The notes: generated from the sequence alone by a model not told the origin. A DNA stretch of 64,000 nucleotides from an uncultured Alphaproteobacteria bacterium (GCA_902588745.1 CACIQI010000001.1:13924-77923), one strand, 5' to 3'. Shown: positions 45,010 through 54,963, counted from the first letter of the stretch. A program made the numbers and translations.

Positions 45010-47575
45010 ATTTAATTTTTTCTATTATCATATTTTTTTCTAAAATACTTTCATTGAAGTATGGATCCATATCTTCTAATGGTCTAGGAATCCACTCATT
45101 TTTGTCATTAATATAAAAACCTTGTTTTGAAATTATATCTTGATCATCTTTAATTTTGACAGCTAATATTGATGAAGTTTTCTCGCTTAAGAATTGTTTT
45201 AATGTTTTTAAATAATTTTTTTTATTTGTTATTTTAAAAACTTTTAGACCAAAGTAATTACAAATTTTAAATAATGAGTTAAAATTATATTTACTAGAAT
45301 AGTCTGTAGTTACAAACCTTTCACCAAAAAATTTTTTTTGAGATACTTTTAAAATAAAATTATCATCTTTAATCATTAATAAAATTTTTAAATTTATATT
45401 ATATTTTTTTATGAATTCTAAATCATAAATATTTTTTTGAAAACCAGCTATTTCAGTTATGCAAACAATATTTTTATTCTTAATTCCAACACCTAATGAT
45501 AGTGGAATTGCAAATCCTCTTGTTTCAATACCAGGAGAGCAAATTAATCTATGATTTTTTTTATATTTAAATGCTAACGTTGAATAAAGATGAGGGCCAT
45601 AATTATCCGCTATAATTATATAGTCATCTTTTAAATTTTCTGAAAAATCACTAAACAATTTTAATGGAAAAATATCTTTTTTGTTATCTATTATTTTACT
45701 ACCATCAGAATTATAATAATGCAGTCCATTAAAATTTTTTTTCAATCTATTACAATAATTTAACCAATCTTTAATATTATTATTACATTTTATCCTATTT
45801 TTATATTTGATTAAAATTGTTAGATAGGCATTTAAGTCAAAATTAGCCTTATAATGAATTTCAATATTATTTTTTTTTAATTCATTTAAATCAATATCAA
45901 CAGAAAAAATTTTTGCTTTTCTTGCAAAGTTTTTAGTTGCTCTTCCTGTCACAGTTTGACTTAGTCTGCATCCTAGAGAGATTATAAGATCACAATTTTG
46001 AATAATAAAATTTGAGCTCCTTTGACCAAAAGGACCAGGAACGCCATAATTATTTTTATTATAATAATTTAATAAATCAGGAACCTTACTACTAAGTAAA
46101 ATTGGAATATCTAAATTTTTTAAAAAATCATTTAATAATAATTTTGAAGATGATATTTTTATACCATTTCCTAGAATTATAACTGGCTTTTTTGAAATAT
46201 TAATTAATGAGATTAATTTTTTTACAGATGCTATTATTTTTTTATTATCTGACTTTTTTTTCGAAATTTTATAATTCACAAGATTGTTTTCATTAATAAT
46301 CTTTGATTGGATATTAATTGGCACTTCTATTATTGAAGGACCTGGCCTTCCCTCAGATGCAAAATGAAAAGCTTTCATTAAGTCATATTTTATTGATAAT
46401 TCATTGTTAACAATTTTAGTGAACTTAGAAATTTTTTTTATATTATTTGATAATCTAAACTCTTTTATGCCAAATTGTCTTACATTTTTATTTTTTATAA
46501 TTGATTGACCAATAATAAAGACTATTGGGATAGATTCTATCCAGCAATTTAAAATAGATGAAAATACTTCAGCAGATGCGCTTCCAGAAGAAAGTATCAC
46601 TACTGCTGGTTTTTTATGTATTAAAGAATATCCTTCAGCAGCTTTTGATGATGTTGCCGAATTATAACTATAAATTAAATTAATGCTTTCAGATCTTCCT
46701 AGTGAATCTAAAATATGTAAGTTTTGTGATCCTGGGGTAACAAAAATCTCTGTATATTTATTTTTTTCTAAAAACTTTACTAAAAAATCTGAAACTTTAA
46801 TATTACTGCTATTTTTACTAATTAATAAATAATTAAATTCTTTTAAGTTCGATTTATTAATAAAATATTTAAAATCCTTATATGAAAGAAAATTGTTAAA
46901 GTTAAAATTTTTAAAAATTTTATTAATTTTACTAAAATTATTTAGTATCATAAATAAATCATTGTTATTAAAGTTACGATAATTAGAATCATCTTTTTGA
47001 AATTTTTTGAAACTCAGTGTGGTTTCTCCAAAAATCTTTTTAAGATTATTTTCATTTGATGTCTTATTATACGACAGATAATTATAATTATTAGTCTTAT
47101 AAGAATAACTATTATTATTTTCATAACCTTTACCTTTTCTACCGTAACTATCTTTTAATCTAACTAAATCTTGTTTATTTACAGGCGTTTCAATCTCCAA
47201 TAAGTAAGAACCATTATCTGAAATAGATTTAGATCTATGAAAAACTTTTTTATCAATATAGCATCCATTACTAGATTTAATTTTTATTTTTTTTTCAAGA
47301 GTATTGAATAAGATTTCACCAGATAAAACAAATAAAGCAGTAGATTTATTTGGATGACAGTGCAGAGAGGTTTTTTCACCTTTTTTGATATACAAAATAG
47401 TCATTGCAAAATATCTATTAGAAAACAGTAGATATTCATAACCCCATGGTTTTTTTACTACTATTTTTGAGTAATCTTGTTTAGTTTTTTTTATATCTGC
47501 GTAGTTTGTAAAGTTAAGGAGAGTATCAATATCTTTTTTTTTTATAACAAAATTATTAAAATTATTAGTTTGCAT
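44999..47575 (-). CDS. cupin domain fused to a degenerate ThDP-enzyme-like module
   Basis: 858 aa. Residues ~40-135 (KKPWGYEYLL...SLHCHPNKSTALFVLSGE) form a cupin. Residues ~255-858 are colinear with the 605-aa neighbour, but HHEQ is replaced by SYNS and GDG..NN by EIAG..KDDN. Confidence 0.7.
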   Translation of the reverse strand: MQTNNFNNFVIKKKDIDTLLNFTNYADIKKTKQDYSKIVVKKPWGYEYLLFSNRYFAMTILYIKKGEKTSLHCHPNKSTALFVLSGEILFNTLEKKIKIKSSNGCYIDKKVFHRSKSISDNGSYLLEIETPVNKQDLVRLKDSYGRKGKGYENNNSYSYKTNNYNYLSYNKTSNENNLKKIFGETTLSFKKFQKDDSNYRNFNNNDLFMILNNFSKINKIFKNFNFNNFLSYKDFKYFINKSNLKEFNYLLISKNSSNIKVSDFLVKFLEKNKYTEIFVTPGSQNLHILDSLGRSESINLIYSYNSATSSKAAEGYSLIHKKPAVVILSSGSASAEVFSSILNCWIESIPIVFIIGQSIIKNKNVRQFGIKEFRLSNNIKKISKFTKIVNNELSIKYDLMKAFHFASEGRPGPSIIEVPINIQSKIINENNLVNYKISKKKSDNKKIIASVKKLISLINISKKPVIILGNGIKISSSKLLLNDFLKNLDIPILLSSKVPDLLNYYNKNNYGVPGPFGQRSSNFIIQNCDLIISLGCRLSQTVTGRATKNFARKAKIFSVDIDLNELKKNNIEIHYKANFDLNAYLTILIKYKNRIKCNNNIKDWLNYCNRLKKNFNGLHYYNSDGSKIIDNKKDIFPLKLFSDFSENLKDDYIIIADNYGPHLYSTLAFKYKKNHRLICSPGIETRGFAIPLSLGVGIKNKNIVCITEIAGFQKNIYDLEFIKKYNINLKILLMIKDDNFILKVSQKKFFGERFVTTDYSSKYNFNSLFKICNYFGLKVFKITNKKNYLKTLKQFLSEKTSSILAVKIKDDQDIISKQGFYINDKNEWIPRPLEDMDPYFNESILEKNMIIEKIKYET

Positions 47576-47578
47576 AAA

Positions 47579-48700
47579 TTACTGATAGAATTTTTTTATA
47601 CATTCGAACATATAATTAATTTGTTTTTTTGATATAAACTGATGTATTGGTAATGTGATTAAATGTTTAGCTTGATACTCAGCAATAGGAAAATCATTTT
47701 TTTTATAACCATATTTTAAGGAAGCACTCTGAAGATGTAAAGGTTTAGGATAATGAATTTTTGCCTCAATATTTAAATTACTTAGATATTTTAATAATTT
47801 ATTTCTATCTTTTACAAGAACCATATATAATGCAAATGTTTCAATATAACCTTTTGGTCTAGGAGGTACCGATACATTATTTTCTAAACTAGATAGTAAA
47901 CTATCAAAGTATTTTGCATTGATATTTCTCTTATTAATAACTTGGTCTAGTTTTTTTAATTGATTACTGGCAACTACAGCTTGAAGAGGCTGAAGTCTAA
48001 AATTTTCACCATAAAATTCAATATTATCTCTGTTAATCATCCCATGATTTCTGTATTTTTTCATCCAATTATATAATTTATAATTATTAGTAACTACCAT
48101 TCCGCCATCTCCCATCACATTTAAAGACTTTAAGGGATGCATACTGAATGCATTAACTATGCCGAAAGTTCCTGGTTTTTTATTTTTGATTTTAGCACCT
48201 ATGCCCATACACGCATCTTCAACTACATGTATATTATACTTTTTTGCAATCTTAACGATTTTAAACATATTTGGAGAAGCTCCACCCCAATGTACAGGAA
48301 TTATTGCTTTTGTTTTGTTACTTATTTTTTTTTCTATTTGATCTATATCAATTTGATATCTTGAGTCACAATCGATAAAGATAGGTCTTGCACCACAACT
48401 AACAATTGCACCTACTGTAGCATAAAAAGTATTAGTAACTGTAATAACCTCATCACCATTTTTTATTCCTAGAGATTTAAGAGATAAAATTAGAGCATCA
48501 GTTCCATTATTTGTACCAATACAGTATTTAACACCAAGATATTTTGAGAATTGTTTCTCAAAATTCTCCATAAATTTTCCAAGTGTAAAATCAGTAGATA
48601 AAATTAGTTTCTTCCAAGCTTTAAAAATATCTTTAGTATTACTAAATTCAAAAGGTAAATAATTATATGGAACTTTAATCTTCTCAGTCATAAAAATCAT
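47579..48700 (-). CDS. DegT/DnrJ/EryC1/StrS-family sugar aminotransferase
   Basis: 373 aa with the PLP-lysine context FSMHPLKSLNVMGDGG. Confidence 0.85.
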   Translation of the reverse strand: MIFMTEKIKVPYNYLPFEFSNTKDIFKAWKKLILSTDFTLGKFMENFEKQFSKYLGVKYCIGTNNGTDALILSLKSLGIKNGDEVITVTNTFYATVGAIVSCGARPIFIDCDSRYQIDIDQIEKKISNKTKAIIPVHWGGASPNMFKIVKIAKKYNIHVVEDACMGIGAKIKNKKPGTFGIVNAFSMHPLKSLNVMGDGGMVVTNNYKLYNWMKKYRNHGMINRDNIEFYGENFRLQPLQAVVASNQLKKLDQVINKRNINAKYFDSLLSSLENNVSVPPRPKGYIETFALYMVLVKDRNKLLKYLSNLNIEAKIHYPKPLHLQSASLKYGYKKNDFPIAEYQAKHLITLPIHQFISKKQINYMFECIKKFYQ

Positions 48701-49781
48701 TTACACAATCTGATACATATTTAATTTGTTCTTCACTTAAGTATTGATGATGAGGAAATGATAAAACTTTACTAGCTAATCTTTCTGCATTTTTAAAATC
48801 TCCCTTTTTATATCCAATATTTATTGAAGCCTTGTGTAGATGCAAAGGAGTTCCATAATATACTAAAGATTGAATATCTTTAGAAGTTAAATAAGATTGT
48901 AATTTATCCCTCTGATCACATAGAGAAATCATCATTACATATGAATCATGTGTATTCAAGGAATCTTCAGGCAATATAACTTTATCAGTTTTAATATATT
49001 TTTTATATAAGGAGATATTATTTCTTCTTTTATTTATAACTTCTTTCAACCTTGTTAATCTATAAGATAATATCTCAGCATTTAATGAATCTAGTCTAGA
49101 ATTGACTCCAAATATTTTAACATTATCTCTACTTTCCATTCCATGATTTCTAAATAGTTTTATTGAGTTATATAAGTCTTCATTATCAGTAACTACAAAA
49201 CCAGAATCACCAACTGCATTTAAATTTTTCAAAGGGTGTGCTGAAAAAGCGGCAATATCACCAAAAGTTCCTGCATGTTTATTATTATAGTAAGATCCCA
49301 TTCCTTGTGCAGAATCTTCAATTACAAATAAATTATATTTATTTGCAATTTCCATTATTTTTTCCATATTGCAAACTTTACCACTCCAATGAACTGGCAT
49401 AATAGCTTTTGTTCTATCAGTTATTGCTTCTTCAATTAATTCTTCATTTATATTTAAATCATCTTTAACATCTACAAAAACTGTTTTAGCACCTGTATGA
49501 ACTATAGATCCAACAGAAGCAACAAATGATAGAGGAGAAGTAATTACTTCATCTCCTTTTTTAATTCCTAAAGACCATAGAGCCATCATTAAGGCATCTG
49601 TTCCAGAATTCAAACCTAGGCAAAATTTTGAATTTACAAAGTTACAAACATTATTTTCAAAATTTGCAACCTCATCAGTCATAATAAGAGAGCCATTTTT
49701 TAAAACATTATCAAAACATTTTATTAAATGTTCTTTTTCATCTTCATATCTTTTTTTTAAATCGATTAATTCAACTTTCAT
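48684..49781 (-). CDS. DegT/DnrJ/EryC1/StrS-family sugar aminotransferase
   Basis: 365 aa with FSAHPLKNLNAVGDSG. It is a close paralog of 47579-48700. Confidence 0.85.
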   Translation of the reverse strand: MKVELIDLKKRYEDEKEHLIKCFDNVLKNGSLIMTDEVANFENNVCNFVNSKFCLGLNSGTDALMMALWSLGIKKGDEVITSPLSFVASVGSIVHTGAKTVFVDVKDDLNINEELIEEAITDRTKAIMPVHWSGKVCNMEKIMEIANKYNLFVIEDSAQGMGSYYNNKHAGTFGDIAAFSAHPLKNLNAVGDSGFVVTDNEDLYNSIKLFRNHGMESRDNVKIFGVNSRLDSLNAEILSYRLTRLKEVINKRRNNISLYKKYIKTDKVILPEDSLNTHDSYVMMISLCDQRDKLQSYLTSKDIQSLVYYGTPLHLHKASINIGYKKGDFKNAERLASKVLSFPHHQYLSEEQIKYVSDCVNDFYD

Positions 49782-49854
49782 ATTTGGTACTTACAATAAC
49801 ATCTAAATAAATAACTAGCAAATTTTTAAAATAAAAATATACATTTTATAAAAT

Positions 49855-51159
49855 TTAAAGTTTATTTAAATTTATTTTATTACTTCTCAATATACTAAAT
49901 ACTTTTGAAAAACACTTTATATAAGATTCAATTAACTTCTTATCTTCAAAGGTAAAAGTTGGTATCGATATAGTTGAGTCATAAAATTTTTCTGCTTTAG
50001 GTAAATCGCCCTTATAATATAAAACACTATTTTTTGATTTTATTTTTTGTATTTTTTCTAAGTTTTTTGTAGATTTAAACAGATGCAAAAGATGAAGTGG
50101 TTGATGTGAAGCTCTTCTTACTTCCATACCTTCAGCCTGAAGAATTTCAATAAGATCATCTAAATGTATATTGTTTAGAGTGTCCAGTTGCACAAATGGC
50201 CTATATCCAAAGTAGGCCCCTCTATGACATTTATTTCTGGTAATTGGAGGAGATATACCCTTAATATCACTTATTTTTTTTGAAAATTGGTTCAAAATTT
50301 TATTCCTTTTATTAATATATTTTTTTAGATTTTTTAATTCAAAGTTTGCAATAGCTGCAGATACTGGGTGAATACGATGTTTGAAACCAAAACCAGTGAC
50401 CAAGAATTTTTTTAATTCTTTCTGAGTTATTTGTGTGTTAACTCTTTGACTAAAATCACTAATTAAAAGAGCCTTTTGAAAAAAACTTTTTTTGTTTGTT
50501 ATTAAAATACCTCCTTCACCCGAAGGGAGCATTTTCTGATTACCTAAACTAAAGCAGGCAATATCACCGAAGGTGCCTACTAGCTTATTATTATATTTTG
50601 AGCCATGAGCATGAGAGCAATCTTCAATTAATGCAAGATTATATTTTTTTTTAATTTTTAATATTTTTTTCATATCACATGGATGACCACAAAGATGTGT
50701 AATTACTATAGCTTTAGTTTTTGATGTTATTTTACTTTCAATAGAAACAGGATCAATATTACCAGTATCTTCTTCAATATCGCACACTATAGGAATTGCC
50801 TTGAGTTGTTTAAGTGGCGAAGCTGTTGCGTGAAAAGTCAAAGCTGGGACAAGAACTTCATCATACTCTCTAATACCTACAGCAAAGAATGCCGCATGCA
50901 AAGAAGATGTCCCTGAATTAGTTGTAAGAGAATACTTTGAGTTGTGAAATTTAGCAAAAGCCTTTTCAAAATCTTCAACTATTTGAGGATATCCATATCT
51001 ATTATATTTTTCATTTTTATAATAGTTGTTAATAGCCTTATTTTTACCTGAAGATTGTGGGGGCCACTTCCAATGGGGTTGTTTAAAAATAATTGATTTT
51101 TGACCTCCAAATATTGCTAAGTTTTTTATTTCTAATTTTTTATTTTTACTTTTTTTCAT
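49855..51159 (-). CDS. DegT-family PLP enzyme (longer, divergent member)
   Basis: 434 aa with TNSGTSSLHAA and FSLGNQKMLPSGEGG. Confidence 0.8.
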   Translation of the reverse strand: MKKSKNKKLEIKNLAIFGGQKSIIFKQPHWKWPPQSSGKNKAINNYYKNEKYNRYGYPQIVEDFEKAFAKFHNSKYSLTTNSGTSSLHAAFFAVGIREYDEVLVPALTFHATASPLKQLKAIPIVCDIEEDTGNIDPVSIESKITSKTKAIVITHLCGHPCDMKKILKIKKKYNLALIEDCSHAHGSKYNNKLVGTFGDIACFSLGNQKMLPSGEGGILITNKKSFFQKALLISDFSQRVNTQITQKELKKFLVTGFGFKHRIHPVSAAIANFELKNLKKYINKRNKILNQFSKKISDIKGISPPITRNKCHRGAYFGYRPFVQLDTLNNIHLDDLIEILQAEGMEVRRASHQPLHLLHLFKSTKNLEKIQKIKSKNSVLYYKGDLPKAEKFYDSTISIPTFTFEDKKLIESYIKCFSKVFSILRSNKINLNKL

Positions 51160-51217
51160 TAATGTTTAAATAGTATCAATATTGTAAATATCTAATACTA
51201 ATATCAAAGATAAATAA

Positions 51218-51973
51218 ATGAAAAAAGACTTTTTAGCAGAATATTTTTCCGAAGGTTTTACAATTATAAAATTATTTTCATTAAATGATTTAGAAATTTT
51301 AAAAAAAAATATTTTTAAAAAAATAAATAATGAATTTAAAATTAAATATAATAATTTAGATAATTATCACCTATTTGCTAATAAAAAGAATCATATAAAT
51401 ATATGTGCAAGACGAAACAGATATATAAAGTTAGATTCCAAGACATTAGGTAAAATAAAAAAGAACAGTAAATTTAATAAAATTCTATTAAATGATTGGG
51501 GTCATAAAAAATATTCAATTCTAAGAATTGGAGCTTTAGTTGAAAAAAAAGACCCTCTTATAAAAGATGCATGCGTATTTAGAATAGCAAGACCATATAA
51601 ATTATTTAAGGATGATGTTGGAGGTGTACATTTTGATTTAAATTATGGTGGCAGGATTAATTATAATTTGGATTCTTTTTTAACAATATGGATACCATTG
51701 ATTGGATTTGATAAAAGATATACTTTAGGGTTATATCCAAAAACACACAAGTTAATTCACCCAAACAATCTTCTTGCTGATAATAATAATTACATATCTC
51801 CTGTTTTTAAAAAACAATATACAGATAAGTTTAATCTTTATAGGCCAAATTTAAAACCAGGTCAGGCGATCATATTTAATTCAAATTTACTTCATGGTTC
51901 AAGTTTTAATTTAGGTTTAAAATCAAGATTTAGTATTGAATTAAGAATATGTAATGATTTAAAATTTAAATAA
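51218..51973 (+). CDS. Fe(II)/2-oxoglutarate dioxygenase, PhyH-like
   Basis: 251 aa with the HxD motif in GGVHFDLNY and the distal His in FNSNLLHGS. It is the only plus-strand CDS within the island. Confidence 0.6.
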   Translation: MKKDFLAEYFSEGFTIIKLFSLNDLEILKKNIFKKINNEFKIKYNNLDNYHLFANKKNHINICARRNRYIKLDSKTLGKIKKNSKFNKILLNDWGHKKYSILRIGALVEKKDPLIKDACVFRIARPYKLFKDDVGGVHFDLNYGGRINYNLDSFLTIWIPLIGFDKRYTLGLYPKTHKLIHPNNLLADNNNYISPVFKKQYTDKFNLYRPNLKPGQAIIFNSNLLHGSSFNLGLKSRFSIELRICNDLKFK

Positions 51974-52035
51974 TAAAAAACATTAGAAATAATTTATTAA
52001 ACAAAGCAAACATTATAGATTTTTAAATAAATATA

Positions 52036-52962
52036 CTAATAGAAAAAATAATCTTTTAATTTTCTAATTTCATTGTCATTATCAAAATTTAACTTCTTTG
52101 ATATTAATTTTAGTAGTTCAATTTGACCAAAGATTAATAATAGAAAAATAAATCTATCTTGTCTTTGCAGAATAGTTTTTATCCCTTCCTTATTTAAAAA
52201 ATTAGGGATATAAAGCATATATTTCTGAAAAGGTTCTTGAGTTATCTGGGGGCCAATATCTTCCGAGCTTATTAAAATGTAATTCTTTGAATATAAATAA
52301 TCAACCAATTTAGTCCAATGAGGTAAATTTTTGTATAATGGAAATATAAAAGCTTGTATTTTTATTAATAAAGGTTGAAAATTATTCATACCTTTTAATA
52401 TTTCTAGTTCAGAACCTTGTGTAATTATATTTAAGTAGTCTAAAACTTTAATATTATTTTTTTTTAATATATTATTAACAGTATCACAATCAGCTTTTAC
52501 TACTTTTTTAATTAAAAATTCATTCACTAATTTAGGATTTTTATTGTAAGCTATTTTAAAATTTTCGATATTTGGCTCATAAAGAGAGGATGCATTTATA
52601 TCTTTTAATATATAGAAATTCTTAGAACACTTTTTACTCCATAATGCTTTGTATTTTTTTTTTAATTTACCTTCACTAGAATTTGGTTCAATTAAAATTG
52701 ATTTAAAAAATTTATTATACTTACTGTTAAAATCTGCACTTGAATTAAATCCACCTGCGCTCCCTACATCTAATGCGTTTAATTTTTTATTTTCTTGATT
52801 AATATTTAAATTATTAATAATTCGGGAATAATTTTTACTAAAATTAGAATATATGATATTTTTTTTAATATATTTTAATAGAACAAATCTTATTTTGAAA
52901 TAGCTCAATCTCAAAAAAAAAGAAGCTACTATATTGATTATTGCTGTTTTAATAATTATCAC
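52036..52962 (-). CDS. FkbM-family methyltransferase-like protein
   Basis: 308 aa with LDVGSAGGFNS and LNIITQGSELEILKG. It is a paralog of 53291-54124. Confidence 0.6.
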   Translation of the reverse strand: MIIIKTAIINIVASFFLRLSYFKIRFVLLKYIKKNIIYSNFSKNYSRIINNLNINQENKKLNALDVGSAGGFNSSADFNSKYNKFFKSILIEPNSSEGKLKKKYKALWSKKCSKNFYILKDINASSLYEPNIENFKIAYNKNPKLVNEFLIKKVVKADCDTVNNILKKNNIKVLDYLNIITQGSELEILKGMNNFQPLLIKIQAFIFPLYKNLPHWTKLVDYLYSKNYILISSEDIGPQITQEPFQKYMLYIPNFLNKEGIKTILQRQDRFIFLLLIFGQIELLKLISKKLNFDNDNEIRKLKDYFFY

Positions 52963-52992
52963 TATTGTAATTATATTTGTCTATAAGTATTT

Positions 52993-53069
<77 letters not shown>

Positions 53070-53290
53070 TTAGTTTACCTTGATAATATTTGTATTTATT
53101 AAATACAAGAAAAAAATTTAAAAAATTCTTTTTGTCCTTAATATTTCAAAATTTACCATAAATCCTTCTTTGGTATGTGAACATTTTTAGAATTATTACT
53201 AATTTTATCATTCAGATTTATGGAACTAATATAAAGTTGATATTTTGAATAATTTATTAAACAAATTAAATAAAATTTTGTGAAGATAAT

Positions 53291-54124
53291 TTATAAATTA
53301 TATAAGTGTAAGTACTTTTGTAATGAAAAGATTTTAAGCAGTGCTACAAACTTATCTTTTCTGTTTTTTATAATTACACTATTTAAATAATTCTCAAATT
53401 TTGGAATAAAAATTATATCTACAAAAATTGGCATTTTTAGAACTGAACTATCTAATTGATCAAAATTTAAAGCAACATATCCAAATTGATCTAAAAGATC
53501 TATCACTTTTTCAAAAGTACTCATATTTTTATAACAACTTATTGTTTGAGTTTCAGCTCTTATTAGTAATGGTCTATATTTACCCAATCCAGATAAAATG
53601 TCATATTCAGAACCCTGAGTATCAATTTTTATGAAATCAATATTGTCAATATTTAATGCTCTACAATAGTTATCAATTCTAGTACACTTTATTTTTTCAA
53701 TATTTTTTACTTCTACATTTTTTAAGCTTTGAGCATCGTTATAAATAAACTGAAAATTTTCTAAGTTTGGCTCGAAGACTGAAGTAGCCCCAAAATCATT
53801 TGTGATATAAAGATTTAAATCTTTATCTTCAGACCAAAAGCCTAAGTTAGACTTGTTTGAACTTTTAATTTTATCAAATTCTTTTTTTATTGGCTCAATT
53901 GCATTTACTTTAAAATATTTATTATATTTTTTATTAAATACTTCTTCTGTATTAAATCCGCCTGATGCTCCAATATCTAGAGTTACAATAGGTTTATTTT
54001 TTAACATTTGATCTATTTTTTTATAAAATTTTAATGAATTGTTTTTTTCCTCATTTCTTTTAAATTCTTTTAAAATAAAAAATACTTCATTTAATAAATT
54101 TAATTTTTTTAAGTATCCAAGCAT
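53291..54124 (-). CDS. FkbM-family methyltransferase
   Basis: 277 aa with LDIGASGGFNT and FIKIDTQGSEYDILSG, the typical FkbM signature. Confidence 0.7.
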   Translation of the reverse strand: MLGYLKKLNLLNEVFFILKEFKRNEEKNNSLKFYKKIDQMLKNKPIVTLDIGASGGFNTEEVFNKKYNKYFKVNAIEPIKKEFDKIKSSNKSNLGFWSEDKDLNLYITNDFGATSVFEPNLENFQFIYNDAQSLKNVEVKNIEKIKCTRIDNYCRALNIDNIDFIKIDTQGSEYDILSGLGKYRPLLIRAETQTISCYKNMSTFEKVIDLLDQFGYVALNFDQLDSSVLKMPIFVDIIFIPKFENYLNSVIIKNRKDKFVALLKIFSLQKYLHLYNL

Positions 54125-54126
54125 AT

Positions 54127-54963
54127 TTAATTTTTATTTATCTGTTTTGAATAAATTTTAATAAAATCATGATATCCATATAAAGAGAGCACTGAAACAG
54201 TATTACTCAAAACTTTATTACTTATTTTTTTGTTCTCTCTTTTATCAATCAAAAAAGTGTAGTTTACAAAAGGATTTAAAGTATTTATATTTTGCTCATT
54301 ATTCATTCCTATCAAAATATATTTTTCTTTTTTCATAAATTCAATGAAATCTACGCTGGTAATTACATTGTCTATAATTTGATAAGTTTGAAGCGTTATA
54401 TTTACTAAGATTGGCTTATAAGAAATAACTAAATTTTTAATTTTATTCTCAAAACCAATTACATTTGACTCAATTACTTCTAATCTATCAGAAAAATTTA
54501 AATTTTGACTAAAGCTATTAAAATTAATATTTAATTTTTTATTGTTTATTTTGGTAAAAAAGTATTTTGAATAATAATACCAGTTGATATTATATAAAGA
54601 AAAAACATTAAAATCCTCAAAATAGTAAATACAATTATGTAAAGAATTTTTATCACTGTCAATTATCTTAGATAATTTATTAATACTTAAATTGATTTTT
54701 TTTTTATGTTTATCTTTAAAGTTAAAATTTGAAGAATTAATTTTATCAAATAAAAATTCTGATATTTGCAAAAATTTAATATTTTTATTTAATAAGGATT
54801 TATATATTTTACTATTACTATCTATTGTTTTATAATTTTTTTTTAAATAGTAAATTTTATGAAGTATTTTTTCACTTTTATAAAAACAACATATTATTTT
54901 TAAAATTATTTTTATTATAATTCTATAAAAAAATAAGGTTATTTTTTTTAAATTACTTTTCAT
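54127..54963 (-). CDS. hypothetical protein
   Basis: I trimmed the track ORF 54127-55044 to the internal ATG at 54961-54963 (MKSNLKK...). The upstream 27 codons (MMSGVQIPPPLP...) read through the tRNA gene at 55009-55085. No motif was recognised. Confidence 0.4.
   Translation of the reverse strand: MKSNLKKITLFFYRIIIKIILKIICCFYKSEKILHKIYYLKKNYKTIDSNSKIYKSLLNKNIKFLQISEFLFDKINSSNFNFKDKHKKKINLSINKLSKIIDSDKNSLHNCIYYFEDFNVFSLYNINWYYYSKYFFTKINNKKLNINFNSFSQNLNFSDRLEVIESNVIGFENKIKNLVISYKPILVNITLQTYQIIDNVITSVDFIEFMKKEKYILIGMNNEQNINTLNPFVNYTFLIDKRENKKISNKVLSNTVSVLSLYGYHDFIKIYSKQINKN

Noticed and set aside
43192-47575. Phosphonate biosynthesis, with the ThDP enzyme acting as phosphonopyruvate decarboxylase.
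   Set aside because: No PEP-mutase-like ORF is present in the window. The enzymes are full-length ALS-like proteins (~600 aa with a central domain) rather than Ppd-like.
53090-53108. Perfect 8-bp hairpin (ttgtattt-att-aaatacaa) in the spacer upstream of tRNA-fMet. I considered it as a terminator or regulatory element. I also weighed a possible -35/-10 pair (TTGTAT / TATTAT) in the minus sense.
   Set aside because: It is an all-A/T stem, which is expected by chance at this composition. No U-tract follows in the transcribed orientation, and the promoter-like hexamers have poor spacing (~14 nt).
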